Made by a program: the position numbers and the translations under genes. The notes beneath the pieces were generated by a model. It saw only the letters and a list, made by a program, of their open reading frames with translations, had not been told where the DNA came from and made no database searches. This document shows positions 52,555 to 62,169 of a stretch of DNA of 64,000 bases, piece after piece; position 1 is the first letter of the stretch; the number at the start of each line of letters is the position of its first letter. The stretch covers positions 9,910-73,909 of the forward strand of contig JAFXJX010000090.1 of assembly GCA_017532025.1 (NCBI GenBank), given 5' to 3'. The stretch comes from Clostridia bacterium. Its GTDB lineage: Bacteria > Bacillota > Clostridia > Oscillospirales > CAG-272.

Positions 52555-53022
52555 ATGTCCTTTACGATTCGTTTTGCCAAAGCGGGTGACGAAACCGTCA
52601 TTGCCGCTTTGCTTGAAAAAATTTACGAACAGCACGCCACCGGCAGAGCCGACCTGTTTGGCGGCGGAAAAGCCAAATATTCTTCCGAAGACGTGCTGAA
52701 ATTGTTTGATCAGCAAGATGCGCCGATTTTTGTGGCAACCGATGACAATGATACCGTTATCGGCTATGCTTTTTGCGTCATCAAGGAATTCACATCCCCC
52801 GCGCATTACAAAACGCTGTATCTCGACGACTTGAACGTGGATGCCGCCGCGCGCCGTCAAGGCGTTGCCACAGCACTCCTAAACGCCTGCCGCAAGTACG
52901 GCAAGGAAAACGGTTGCTATAATTTAACCCTCAATGTCTGGGCATTCAACGAGGGTGCTATGCGTTTCTATGAGAAAAACGGCTTTACGCCACAGCGCTT
53001 TATTTTGGAAGACATCCTGTAA
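52555..53022 (+). CDS. GNAT-family N-acetyltransferase
   Basis: LDDLNVDAAARRQGVATALLNACRKYGKENGCYNLTLNVWAFNEGAMRFYEKNGF is the acetyl-CoA-binding core. Confidence 0.85.
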   Translation: MSFTIRFAKAGDETVIAALLEKIYEQHATGRADLFGGGKAKYSSEDVLKLFDQQDAPIFVATDDNDTVIGYAFCVIKEFTSPAHYKTLYLDDLNVDAAARRQGVATALLNACRKYGKENGCYNLTLNVWAFNEGAMRFYEKNGFTPQRFILEDIL

Positions 53023-54655
53023 GCGTCTTCTCCTCACAAAGGGAAAGAATGTGTGCTTTGAGCGGTAAGATCATAGAGGGCGCGACCGAAAGCTCGTCGA
53101 TCTGCATGTCAAGAAAGCGCGCCGTCAGCGCATGATCAGAGGCAAGCTCGCCGCAAATGCCAATCCAATTGCCATATCGGTGCGCGCTCTCAGACGCCAT
53201 AGCAATCAAGCGCAAAACCGCCTCGTGATGCGGATTGAAAAAGGATTCAAGGCTGTCATTCTCTCTGTCGAGCGCCAAGGTGTACTGCGTTAGGTCGTTC
53301 GTTCCTACGCTGAAAAAATCCACCTCTTTGGCAAGGGCATCACTGAGAAGCGCCGCCGCAGGCGTTTCAATCATAATACCGAGCTCAAACGATTCGGCAA
53401 TCGGTACACCCTTTTCCTTTAACGCTTCGGACTCTTCAAACAGCATGGCTTTCACGCGGCGTACTTCGTCCACCGACGTGATCATCGGAAGCAAAATGGC
53501 AAGCTTTCCGAACACGGAGGCTCGTAAGAGAGCGCGAAGCTGTGTGCGAAAAAGAAGCGGTCTTTGCAAACAAAGCCGAATGCCACGAAGACCAAGCGCG
53601 GGATTTTCTTCTTCCATCAGTCCAAAATAAGGCACTTTTTTGTCTGCTCCAATGTCAAGCGTGCGAATCACCACGCGCTTGCCTTTGCCTTTTTCAAGCG
53701 CTGTGCGGTAAGCGGCAAACTGCTCCTCCTCGCTCGGTGCGGTGAGTCTTCCGAGATAGAGAAACTCCGAGCGGAAAAGCCCAACGCCGTCACCGTCGTT
53801 TGCCACAACGCCAGAAACCTCCTCTGCCGCACCGATGTTGCCGTACACCTCGATCCGATGACCGTCTTTTGTGATAAGCTCTTTGCCTCTGGCTTTTTCC
53901 CAGAGGCTTTTTTCTTTTTCACTTTCCTCTTTCTTTTGGCGGAACTGTCGGCACACACCTTCGCTTGGGCAAGAGATGAGCTCCCCGCGATCGGCATCAA
54001 GCAGCACCCGTTCCCCCTCTGCGAGCGAAAAAAGCACCTCTCCTACCCCCACCAAAGCAGGAATGCCCATACTGCGCGCCAAAATGGCGGTGTGCGATTG
54101 CATTGACCCACGCGAGAGCACAAAGCCCGAAATCTTGCTCTTGTCAAGATGCAAGGTCTCGCCCGGCGCAAGATCCTCGGCACACAAGATCACTTCTGTC
54201 GCATCGGTTGCCACAAAATGCTTTTCCTTTCCGATCAAGGCATACACAAGCCGCTCACCGACTTCCAAAAGATCCGATGCACGCTCTTTCATGTAAGCGT
54301 CGCCTGTGGCAATCAATACCTCTGCAAGCGCTTTGGCGGCAGAATCCGCAGCATACGCCGCCGAATATCCTTCTGCCACCCGTTCCTGCATGGCAGACAA
54401 AAAATCCGCATCATCCAGCATCATGCGGTGAATCATAAACACATCCGCTTCCTCTTTGCCGATTTCTTTTTCGGCAATCTCCCGCTCGCCCTCAAGTACG
54501 CTCCTGACCTTTTCAAGGGCATCTGCCAGCTTTTTTTCTTCCTCGGATGCCACATGGTTTGTTTGCTCGTCAAGCACCTCTTTTTCTTTGCGGTAAAAAC
54601 AGACCGCACCCTCCGCCATACCAAGGCTTGCGCCTTTTCCTGTCAGTTTGATCAT
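53000..54655 (-). CDS. ptsI: Phosphoenolpyruvate-protein phosphotransferase (PTS enzyme I)
   Basis: GSMQSHTAILARSMGIPALVG phosphohistidine region and the C-terminal PEP-utilising TIM barrel (FFSVGTNDLTQY). Start is at MIKLTGKG after GGAGGGA. Confidence 0.9.
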   Translation of the reverse strand: MIKLTGKGASLGMAEGAVCFYRKEKEVLDEQTNHVASEEEKKLADALEKVRSVLEGEREIAEKEIGKEEADVFMIHRMMLDDADFLSAMQERVAEGYSAAYAADSAAKALAEVLIATGDAYMKERASDLLEVGERLVYALIGKEKHFVATDATEVILCAEDLAPGETLHLDKSKISGFVLSRGSMQSHTAILARSMGIPALVGVGEVLFSLAEGERVLLDADRGELISCPSEGVCRQFRQKKEESEKEKSLWEKARGKELITKDGHRIEVYGNIGAAEEVSGVVANDGDGVGLFRSEFLYLGRLTAPSEEEQFAAYRTALEKGKGKRVVIRTLDIGADKKVPYFGLMEEENPALGLRGIRLCLQRPLLFRTQLRALLRASVFGKLAILLPMITSVDEVRRVKAMLFEESEALKEKGVPIAESFELGIMIETPAAALLSDALAKEVDFFSVGTNDLTQYTLALDRENDSLESFFNPHHEAVLRLIAMASESAHRYGNWIGICGELASDHALTARFLDMQIDELSVAPSMILPLKAHILSLCEEKTLTGCLPK

Positions 54656-54876
54656 TTTCCCTCCGATTTTCTGTTCTCGCTTTTTCATAGTATAGCCGAA
54701 AAGATCGGCAAATAAAGACGAAACGGGCGGAGAAGTTAATTTTTGTTCGTTTTCTTACACCGGCACGCTAAAACTTCATAAAATCCCTTGCCTTGCCGAA
54801 AAAAAAGTGGTATAATGTAAAGAAGAATTGGGGAGTGTACCCTTTCCCCCATGATGTATGAAAGAGAGCGTATCAC

Positions 54877-56160
54877 ATGAAAACGAACGAACTCATCTTG
54901 CGCCTTCAGTCCGGCGCGCTTGACGCAACACTCATCGAGCTTTACGGCAAAGAACAGCTTGCTGTTGCCAAAGAACGTTACCTCGCCGCCGCGAGTGAAT
55001 TTGTGGCTCTGTACGGCGAAAGAGAGAACACACATATTTTTTCGGTGCCCGGCAGAAGTGAAATTTCGGGCAACCATACCGACCACAACAACGGCGCAGT
55101 GCTTGCCGCTTCGATCGACCTTGATATGATTGCCGTTGCCGCACCCACAAGTGACGGCGTGATTCGCTTAAAGAGCGCAGGCTTTGACGCTGATGAGGTT
55201 GTGATCGATTCGCGTGAAGAAACCAAAAAAGACCGCTATTCGAGCAAAAGCCTGATTGCAGGCGTGTGCGACGGCATGATCAAAGAGGGTTACACCGTCG
55301 GCGGCTTTGTTTCCTATACCACCAACAATGTCTTCAAAGGCTCGGGACTTTCTTCATCTGCCGCATTTGAGGTCATGATCGGTAACATTCTGCGCACCCT
55401 TTACCAAAATGACATTTCGGATATTGAAATTGCCAAAATCGCGCAGTATGCCGAAAATGAATTTTTCGGCAAGCCCTGCGGTCTTATGGACCAGACCGCG
55501 TGTGCCGTGGGCGGCTTCATTGCCATTGATTTTGAAGACCCCAAAAACCCCATCGTCACAAAGCCCGCGTTTGACTTAACCGCCGTCGGCTATTCGCTCT
55601 GTATTGTGAACACAGGCGGTAACCATGCCGACTTAAACGAAGACTACGCCTCCGTGCCCGCCGAAATGAAGGCAGTTGCCGCCACGCTTGGCGCACCTGT
55701 TCTCCGCTTTAGCAGCAAAGAGGCACTCATCGATGCTATCCCCGCCCTGCGTGAGCAGCACGGCGACCGCGCTATCCTGCGCGCTTTCCATTATTTCAAC
55801 GAAAACGCGCGCGTGGCAAAGCAGGCAAAAGCACTTTCCGAGGGTGACACCGCCGCATTCCTTGCGCTTGTGAACGAATCGGGCGCTTCGTCCTTCCGCT
55901 TTTTGCAGAATGTTTACACCACGAAAAACGTGGCAGAACAAGGTCTCTCGCTTGCCCTTGCCATCTCGGAAGATTTTCTCAAAGCGATTGACAAGCCCTC
56001 TGCCTGCCGTGTGCACGGCGGCGGCTTTGCCGGCACGATTCAGGCTTTTGTGCCGATTGAAAACGCCGAAAGCTACCGAGATACCATGGATGCCTTATTC
56101 GGAAAAGGCGCTTGCCATATTCTCAAGATCCGCTTAAAAGGCGCCATCTGTGTTCTCTGA
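54877..56160 (+). CDS. galK: GHMP-family sugar kinase, galactokinase-like
   Basis: PGRSEISGNHTDHNNG (galactokinase signature variant), GSGLSSSAAFEV (GHMP motif) and a C-terminal GGGFAG. Confidence 0.75.
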   Translation: MKTNELILRLQSGALDATLIELYGKEQLAVAKERYLAAASEFVALYGERENTHIFSVPGRSEISGNHTDHNNGAVLAASIDLDMIAVAAPTSDGVIRLKSAGFDADEVVIDSREETKKDRYSSKSLIAGVCDGMIKEGYTVGGFVSYTTNNVFKGSGLSSSAAFEVMIGNILRTLYQNDISDIEIAKIAQYAENEFFGKPCGLMDQTACAVGGFIAIDFEDPKNPIVTKPAFDLTAVGYSLCIVNTGGNHADLNEDYASVPAEMKAVAATLGAPVLRFSSKEALIDAIPALREQHGDRAILRAFHYFNENARVAKQAKALSEGDTAAFLALVNESGASSFRFLQNVYTTKNVAEQGLSLALAISEDFLKAIDKPSACRVHGGGFAGTIQAFVPIENAESYRDTMDALFGKGACHILKIRLKGAICVL

Positions 56161-56161
56161 T

Positions 56162-56944
56162 ATGAACGAAGTACAAATCTTTACGCTCTGCTCGGGCTCG
56201 TCCGGCAACTGCACCTTTTGCCGTTTCGGAAGCACCTCGTTTCTCATCGACGCAGGCGCTTCGCGCCGCGCCATCGGCAAGGCGCTTCAATCGATCGGGG
56301 CTTCACTTTCCGAGCTTTCCGCCATCTTTGTCACGCACGAGCACAGCGACCATATCAAAGGACTTGCCATGCTGGCAAAGTACGATAAGATACCGATTTA
56401 CATCGCCCCCATTTCGGGCAAATCCCTTTCGGGCATTGATGAAGACTTATTGATTCCCATGAAGCACCCCGCAACAGTCACGCTTGGGGATGTAACGATT
56501 TCGTCTTTTGACACTTTGCACGACAGCCTTTCAAGCTGCGGCTTTGTCATCAGCTACCAAGGTCAGCGCTTCGGCTACGCCACCGACATCGGCAGACCCA
56601 CGCAAAACGTCACAGACGCACTTTGCGGATGCCGTGCCGTGATTTTAGAAGCTAATTACGACAAAGATATGCTGCGAGAAGGCCCTTACCCCTATCCCTT
56701 AAAACAACGCATTGCGGGCAAATACGGACATCTTGACAACGAGACTGCTGCCGCCTTTTGTGTTTTTCTTGGCAAAACAGGCACTGAGAGAATCCTTCTC
56801 GCGCATCTTTCGGGCGAAAACAACACCCCCGCCATTGCGTATGAAACCGTAAACCAAAAACTCAAAGAGGAGAATCTCACCCTCTCGCTCGGTGTGGCAG
56901 ACCGCTACGCGCCGACAGAGCTGATCACCGCTTGCCTATGCTGA
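56162..56944 (+). CDS. MBL-fold metallo-hydrolase (YycJ-like)
   Basis: The THEHSDH motif and overall beta-lactamase-fold pattern. Confidence 0.8.
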   Translation: MNEVQIFTLCSGSSGNCTFCRFGSTSFLIDAGASRRAIGKALQSIGASLSELSAIFVTHEHSDHIKGLAMLAKYDKIPIYIAPISGKSLSGIDEDLLIPMKHPATVTLGDVTISSFDTLHDSLSSCGFVISYQGQRFGYATDIGRPTQNVTDALCGCRAVILEANYDKDMLREGPYPYPLKQRIAGKYGHLDNETAAAFCVFLGKTGTERILLAHLSGENNTPAIAYETVNQKLKEENLTLSLGVADRYAPTELITACLC

Positions 56945-57363
56945 GTGTTACCGTCATTTGTGTTGGCAACCTGAAAGAAGCCTATCTTCGGGATGCCGTG
57001 AAAGAATATGAAAAACGTCTGGCGGCTTACTGCCGCTTCAAAACGCTGGAGCTGAAAGACGGCGCACCCATTTTGCCGCATCTGCCCGAAAGAGCCTACC
57101 GCATTGCCCTTTGTGTGGAGGGCAAGCAGCTTTCCTCCGAGGAGCTTGCCGCGCTGGTAGACAGCAAAGCCACCGAGGGCTTTTCCGAGCTTGTTTTTGT
57201 GATCGGCGCGTTCGACGGCTTGCCTGAGGACGTGAAAAAAGCCTGCCACTTGCGGCTTTCTTTTTCCAAAATGACCTTTCCTCACCAACTTATGCGCGTC
57301 ATCTTAAACGAACAGATCTACCGCGCTTTTACCATCATTGCCGGCAGTAAATACCATAAATAA
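56938..57363 (+). CDS. rlmH: 23S rRNA (pseudouridine1915-N3)-methyltransferase RlmH
   Basis: SPOUT pattern: VICVGNLKEAYL..., VIGAFDG and LSFSKMTFPHQLMRVILNEQIYRAF...YHK. Confidence 0.85.
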   Translation: MLSVTVICVGNLKEAYLRDAVKEYEKRLAAYCRFKTLELKDGAPILPHLPERAYRIALCVEGKQLSSEELAALVDSKATEGFSELVFVIGAFDGLPEDVKKACHLRLSFSKMTFPHQLMRVILNEQIYRAFTIIAGSKYHK

Positions 57364-57385
57364 ACCCTTTCCATGGAGGTTTTTC

Positions 57386-57883
57386 ATGAATCTGCTCTAT
57401 CAGAACAACATTGCCTCGGCAAAAAGACTTTTGTCTCTCTGCCGTGAAAAAGGCGTTACGCTTGCCACCGCGGAATCTTGCACCGGAGGCATGATCGGCA
57501 CAACGCTCACAAGCATTCCCGGCGCATCCGACGTCTTTCTCGGCGGTATCATTTCGTATGCCAATTCCGCCAAAGAAACGCTCCTTGGTGTTCCCAAGGA
57601 AACGCTCGCCTCGCATGGCGCGGTTTCCAAGGAAAGTGCCGAGGCTATGGCACAAGGCGCGCAAAAAGCGCTCGGCGCCACCCTTGCCGTTTCGGTGACG
57701 GGAATTGCAGGACCGGGCGGTCAAACGCGCGAAAAACCGGTAGGACTTGTGCATTTCGGTGTTGCCACCAAAGACAGTGTCATCTCCGGAAAACGCCATT
57801 TTTCGGGCAACCGCGAAATCGTTCGCTTAAAAACCGTTGCCGCGGCACTTGCCCTTTTGGAAGAAACTGTCAAATCGCTTTGA
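57386..57883 (+). CDS. pncC: CinA C-terminal domain protein / nicotinamide-nucleotide amidohydrolase PncC
   Basis: LATAESCTGGMIGTTLTSIPGASDVFLGGIISYAN...HGAVS...MAQGA. RBS is GGAGG. Confidence 0.85.
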   Translation: MNLLYQNNIASAKRLLSLCREKGVTLATAESCTGGMIGTTLTSIPGASDVFLGGIISYANSAKETLLGVPKETLASHGAVSKESAEAMAQGAQKALGATLAVSVTGIAGPGGQTREKPVGLVHFGVATKDSVISGKRHFSGNREIVRLKTVAAALALLEETVKSL

Positions 57884-57910
57884 CTCAACAAAAGAAAGGT
57901 AGGAAAAACT

Positions 57911-58867
57911 ATGAACATATCAGTTATCGGATGCGGAAGATGGGGCGCGTTTATCGCCTGGTATCTTGACTCGATCGGCCACAATCTCACCGTGTTTGGC
58001 CCTGAAGAGGCACCGCAGATCCATGAATTTATCAAAACCCGTACCAACGGCACCATCACCTTCCGCGAGGAAGTCAAACTCACCACCTCGCTTGCCGACG
58101 CGATGGCAAACGACGTGATCGTGATTTCGATCCCCTCGCAGAATCTGCGCTCGTTAATGCAGGATATGGCACCCTTCTCTCCCAAAGGCAAAATCTTCAT
58201 CCTTTGCATGAAGGGCATTGAGATCACCACAGGCAAACGCTTATCGGAGGTTGTTTCGGAATATTACGGCAAGGAAAACCGCACCGCCGTCTGGATCGGC
58301 CCCGGTCATCCGCAGGAATTTGTGCGCGGTGTACCGAACTGCATGGTGATTGACTCTTACCACGATGATGTTAAGAAATATCTTGTGGAATCCTTCTCAG
58401 GTCCCTTGATCCGTTTCTATTACGGCAACGACATCATCGGCAACGAGCTTGGTGCCGCCACCAAAAACGTCATCGGCATTGCCGCCGGTATGCTTGACGG
58501 CGCAGGTATTTCCTCGCTCAAGGGCGCTCTCATGAGCCGCGCCACCACCGAAATTGCCCGTTTCATCGGCTCGCTCGGCGGCGATTCGCGCTCGGCTTAC
58601 GGTCTTTGCCACCTCGGCGACTACGAAGCCACCGTCTTTTCCAAGTTCTCACACAACCGCGCTTTTGGCGAGGCCTTCATCAAGGGCGAAAAGTTTTCGG
58701 CTCTTGCCGAGGGTTACTATACCGCCGAGGCAGTTCACCGCATTGCCAAGAAAAATGGCATTGATATGCCGATCTGCGAGGCAGTTTACAGCGTACTCTA
58801 CGAAAACAAAGACGCGCACGAGGCGATGAACTCTCTCTTTGCGCGCCCTCTCAAAAAAGAATTCTAA
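57911..58867 (+). CDS. gpsA: NAD(P)H-dependent glycerol-3-phosphate dehydrogenase
   Basis: N-terminal Rossmann fold ISVIGCGRWGAFIA and ATKNVIGIAAGMLDG in the C-terminal domain. Confidence 0.85.
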   Translation: MNISVIGCGRWGAFIAWYLDSIGHNLTVFGPEEAPQIHEFIKTRTNGTITFREEVKLTTSLADAMANDVIVISIPSQNLRSLMQDMAPFSPKGKIFILCMKGIEITTGKRLSEVVSEYYGKENRTAVWIGPGHPQEFVRGVPNCMVIDSYHDDVKKYLVESFSGPLIRFYYGNDIIGNELGAATKNVIGIAAGMLDGAGISSLKGALMSRATTEIARFIGSLGGDSRSAYGLCHLGDYEATVFSKFSHNRAFGEAFIKGEKFSALAEGYYTAEAVHRIAKKNGIDMPICEAVYSVLYENKDAHEAMNSLFARPLKKEF

Positions 58868-58871
58868 TAGT

Positions 58872-58898
58872 CAATTGTAAAACTGCGTTTTACAATTG
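58872..58898 (+). terminator. Hairpin after gpsA (no clear U-tract)
   Basis: CAATTGTAAAAC-tgc-GTTTTACAATTG, 5 nt after the stop. Confidence 0.4.
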
Positions 58899-59097
58899 CA
58901 AACCGCGCGGCGGGGCAGCACGCGCTTATCGCCGAGCTCAAAAATCAATGATTTTTGGCTCTCCCCTCGGCGCGTGGACTCGCTATGCTCGTCTAAAAGG
59001 TGTTTTTTCGTCGGCAAAGCCACCGAAAAAACGGATTTTATTGCATTTTGCAAACTTTTAAAATCGGCTAAAAATTTTTAAGTTCAAGGAGCCTGTC

Positions 59098-60519
59098 ATG
59101 TCAGACGAAAAAAAGTATAAACGCCTGCTTTCAAATACCGCAACCGTCGGCATTGGCACACTTGGCTCAAAGCTTTTGGTTTACCTGCTGGTTCGCCTTT
59201 ACACCTCGGTGCTCTCAAATGAGGAATTCAGCATTGCCTCTAACATCACCGAGATGGCAACCTTACTCATTCCGTTTGTATCGCTCGGCATCGGGGAAGC
59301 AGTCTTCCGTTTTGCCATGGATAAACAGTACAAGCAAAGCGAAGTCTTCACGCAAGGCTTTGTGGCGGTGGGTATCGGCGCGATTTTTCTGCCGATGATC
59401 GCGGTTGTCTTTCTCAATATCGATTATTTCGACAGCTATGTACCGCTGCTCATTCTGTATATCCTCTCGTCTGCGATCCACACCAATTGCTCACAGTATA
59501 TCCGCGCCAAAGCCCTCTTTCGGCTGTACGCCATCCAGGGGCTTCTCAATACCCTACTCACCATCGGGCTGAATGTTCTGTTCCTGATTCCTTTGGATAT
59601 GGGCATTACCGGCTATGTGCTTTCGGTCGCAGTGGCGGATTTCCTCTCTTCGGTTTTCCTGTTTGCCGTTGCCAAGCTGTGGCGTGATATTTCTTTTAAG
59701 GGTCTCCAAAAAAGCACCCTCAAAGCCATGCTGATTTACAGCCTGCCCTTAATTCCCACCACAATCTCCTGGTGGATCACCAATGTATCTGACCGCTACA
59801 TGATCACCTTTATGCAAGGCGACTCGGTCAACGGTCTGTATGCCGCGGCGTACAAGATTCCCACGCTTTTAATGGTGCTGATCGGCATTTTCAACAGCGC
59901 GTGGAAATATTCGGCGGTGGAAGAAAGAAGCCAAAGCAACAGCGCTCTTTTCTTTTCCAATGTCTATCACACCTTTTCCACCTGCCTGATTCTTGTCAGC
60001 GGCGGTATCATCGCCTTTTCCAAGGTCTTTTCGGTCATGATGTTTGGCGAAGCTTTCCGTGCCGCATGGGTGTATATCCCGATTTTGACCCTTGCCATGG
60101 CATTCTCTGCCCTTTCTTCCTTCACGGGAACGATCTTTATCGTGGAGAAAAAAAGCCGCTATTCGCTTTATACAGCGCTTGTTGCCGCCATCATCAACGT
60201 AGTCCTCAACCTTTTGCTCATTCCGCTCTTCAGCGGTAACACAATCGGTGCGATGGGTGCTGCCATTGCCACGCTTTTCGCTTATCTTGTGATGTTTGCC
60301 CTGCGCCTTTTCTTTTCCACCAAGCTTGTGCCTTACCGCACGTATCTTGTGGAAACGGTTTTGAATTTTTTTGTTCTGATTGCCATGGCAATCACGATGA
60401 CACTCGAAGTTCCCTATTGGATGCTTTGGCAGGTGGTCTTTGGCGTTTTGCTTTTGGTCTTGAACCGCAAAGTGATCCTCACCCTGTTGAGGCAAGGCAT
60501 TGCTTTAATCAAACGTTAA
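59098..60519 (+). CDS. Polysaccharide/oligosaccharide flippase family protein (MOP superfamily, Wzx/SpoVB-like)
   Basis: About 12-14 TM helices. The N-terminus KRLLSNTATVGIGTLGSKLLVYLLVRLYT is typical of Polysacc_synt proteins. Confidence 0.8.
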   Translation: MSDEKKYKRLLSNTATVGIGTLGSKLLVYLLVRLYTSVLSNEEFSIASNITEMATLLIPFVSLGIGEAVFRFAMDKQYKQSEVFTQGFVAVGIGAIFLPMIAVVFLNIDYFDSYVPLLILYILSSAIHTNCSQYIRAKALFRLYAIQGLLNTLLTIGLNVLFLIPLDMGITGYVLSVAVADFLSSVFLFAVAKLWRDISFKGLQKSTLKAMLIYSLPLIPTTISWWITNVSDRYMITFMQGDSVNGLYAAAYKIPTLLMVLIGIFNSAWKYSAVEERSQSNSALFFSNVYHTFSTCLILVSGGIIAFSKVFSVMMFGEAFRAAWVYIPILTLAMAFSALSSFTGTIFIVEKKSRYSLYTALVAAIINVVLNLLLIPLFSGNTIGAMGAAIATLFAYLVMFALRLFFSTKLVPYRTYLVETVLNFFVLIAMAITMTLEVPYWMLWQVVFGVLLLVLNRKVILTLLRQGIALIKR

Positions 60520-60974
60520 GAGCCGAGTAGCATCAAGGCAAGCGCAAACACGGGAAACACTTCTCCTTTTTCTTCTTTGGTTGCCAAAACGAGTGCCGTT
60601 CCGATGAGGAGAAGCTCTTCAAGCGAAAACTTCTGCTCCAAAAAGGAAGAAAGACTTTCATACAAATCCTTTTTGTCAACAGAAGCTGCGGCAGGCACTT
60701 GCATTTCTTTCGCGCCCGCAGCGCTTTCCTTGACAGTTCCCGAAAAATCCCGCGGCTTTGTCTTTATCTCGTTGCGCCGATCGGTGCTTGCCCCCGAAAA
60801 AGGCGGTCGCGAGAGCATCCTTTTCATGTTCTGCATTTTTTGCTTATTTTCCCCTGCCCCATTTTCCACAGGGGTGGGGGAGTTTTCTCTCTTGTCTTCC
60901 TGCTTTTCGGAAAAAGCAACCCCGCTGTAACCGGGCGGTGTTTGTCTGTCATAACGACCTCGGTACACTCCCAT
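60516..60974 (-). CDS. Hypothetical low-complexity protein with a C-terminal TM segment (152 aa)
   Basis: ORF with the C-terminus LLLIGTALVLATKEEKGEVFPVFALALMLLGS. No family recognised. Confidence 0.5.
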   Translation of the reverse strand: MGVYRGRYDRQTPPGYSGVAFSEKQEDKRENSPTPVENGAGENKQKMQNMKRMLSRPPFSGASTDRRNEIKTKPRDFSGTVKESAAGAKEMQVPAAASVDKKDLYESLSSFLEQKFSLEELLLIGTALVLATKEEKGEVFPVFALALMLLGS

Positions 60975-60981
60975 CCCTCCT

Positions 60982-61347
60982 TTAGTGTTTGATATGGTTT
61001 GTCAGTTCCACAATGTCAAACAGCTTTATGATCAGATCAAACAGATCGCGCTTGTCATCGCTGACATACAAAGAGAGCGCTTCAATCGGCTTGCGGTGCC
61101 GCCACATATCGTTCTGTACTTTCTTTTCGCTCTTGGCGGGAGCGATAGCCAACGTCTGTTCAGCTTCTTTTTCTTCAGGTGCTTCTTGCTGTTCCGCGGG
61201 TGTATCTGATCCGCCGAGCGACAAAAGCGAAGAAAGACCGCCACCCTCCGAAAGCTTGCCGGCAAGCTCCATGGCGCTTTTCAGCATTTCGGGATTTTGC
61301 ATCACGCTTTGCAAAATCCCGTCAAGATTCAATGACTGCCCATCCAT
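60982..61347 (-). CDS. Hypothetical protein (121 aa)
   Basis: ORF tightly spaced with its neighbours (7-9 nt gaps). No family recognised. Confidence 0.5.
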   Translation of the reverse strand: MDGQSLNLDGILQSVMQNPEMLKSAMELAGKLSEGGGLSSLLSLGGSDTPAEQQEAPEEKEAEQTLAIAPAKSEKKVQNDMWRHRKPIEALSLYVSDDKRDLFDLIIKLFDIVELTNHIKH

Positions 61348-61356
61348 GAAAACCCC

Positions 61357-61602
61357 TCACTGTTTCTCTTTTTTGTTGACCTTCGATAAGATCTCGGCAG
61401 CTTTGTCTTCCCCCACAGCAGAGACAATGCGTTTTAGCTCCTTATCCGAAGCTTTGGCAAGCATCACACGGAGTGCAGGCGCGTTTTGCGCCATGCGCCG
61501 CGCTTTTTCTTCACTCATCCCCATCGAGCGCGTAACCTCGTAAATCAATTCGCCAAGAGCGCGATCATCAAGAGAGGCAAGTTTTTTTGCATCAAATTCC
61601 AT
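61357..61602 (-). CDS. Hypothetical small helical protein (81 aa)
   Basis: ORF at the head of a three-gene minus-strand cluster. No family recognised. Confidence 0.55.
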   Translation of the reverse strand: MEFDAKKLASLDDRALGELIYEVTRSMGMSEEKARRMAQNAPALRVMLAKASDKELKRIVSAVGEDKAAEILSKVNKKEKQ

Positions 61603-61659
61603 AGCAAATCCCCTTTCTGTCTTTGTTTTCAGTATATGTTATTGTTTGGGAGACGTCAC

Positions 61660-62160
61660 ATGAAACTCATTGTTTTTTCAGATTCACACGGCAAAACCGA
61701 CACCATGCGCCGTATCATGCGGATGCACTCGGATGCCTACGCCTTTTTGCACCTCGGTGACGGCGCACCGTCTTTTCTCGCACTTTGCCGTGAGATGTCG
61801 CTTGCCGGCTTTGCCGTGAAGGGCAACTGCGACTTTTTCACGGGTGATTTTCCGCTTGAAAAAAGCATGACCCTCACTTTTGACGGTGTGAAGCTCTTTC
61901 TCACCCACGGTGACAGCTACGGCGTGAATTTTTCCACCACCCGTCTTGCCCTTGCCGCCAAAGAGGAGGGCTGCCAAATTGCTCTCTACGGTCACACCCA
62001 TGTCGGAGAGGAAACCTATCTGCCACCGCTTGACGAAACCGACACCCCTCTTTATATCATGAATCCCGGCAGCACCGACAAACCGCGCGATAACAGAGCA
62101 TCCTATGGGATCATCGAGATCAAAAACGGACAGATTCTGATGAACATCGCGAAGATTTGA
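61660..62160 (+). CDS. YfcE/MJ0936-family metallophosphoesterase
   Basis: MKLIVFSDSHG, HLGDG, GNCD and YGHTH motifs. RBS is GGGAGA. Confidence 0.85.
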   Translation: MKLIVFSDSHGKTDTMRRIMRMHSDAYAFLHLGDGAPSFLALCREMSLAGFAVKGNCDFFTGDFPLEKSMTLTFDGVKLFLTHGDSYGVNFSTTRLALAAKEEGCQIALYGHTHVGEETYLPPLDETDTPLYIMNPGSTDKPRDNRASYGIIEIKNGQILMNIAKI

Positions 62161-62169
62161 CAAATATCG

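Noticed and set aside
52480-52860. N-terminal extension of the clpC ORF to 52860.
   Set aside because: The canonical Clp_N start MNGKFSQ with an RBS lies at 52479. The extension is antisense to the GNAT gene and its promoter.
53000-53022. 23-nt convergent overlap of the GNAT and ptsI coding ends, and absence of ptsH next to ptsI.
   Set aside because: Short convergent overlaps are common and no terminator is displaced. ptsH may simply lie elsewhere. This is not evidence of anything unusual from this window alone.
58900-59097. GC-rich intergenic stretch after gpsA with several short palindromes (e.g. GAGCTCAAAAATCAatgATTTTTGGCTC) and tracked ORFs 58871..59053 and 58896..59081.
   Set aside because: It resembles an eroded repeat, but I found no second copy in the window and no clear termini. 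The ORFs lack RBSs and overlap each other on opposite strands.
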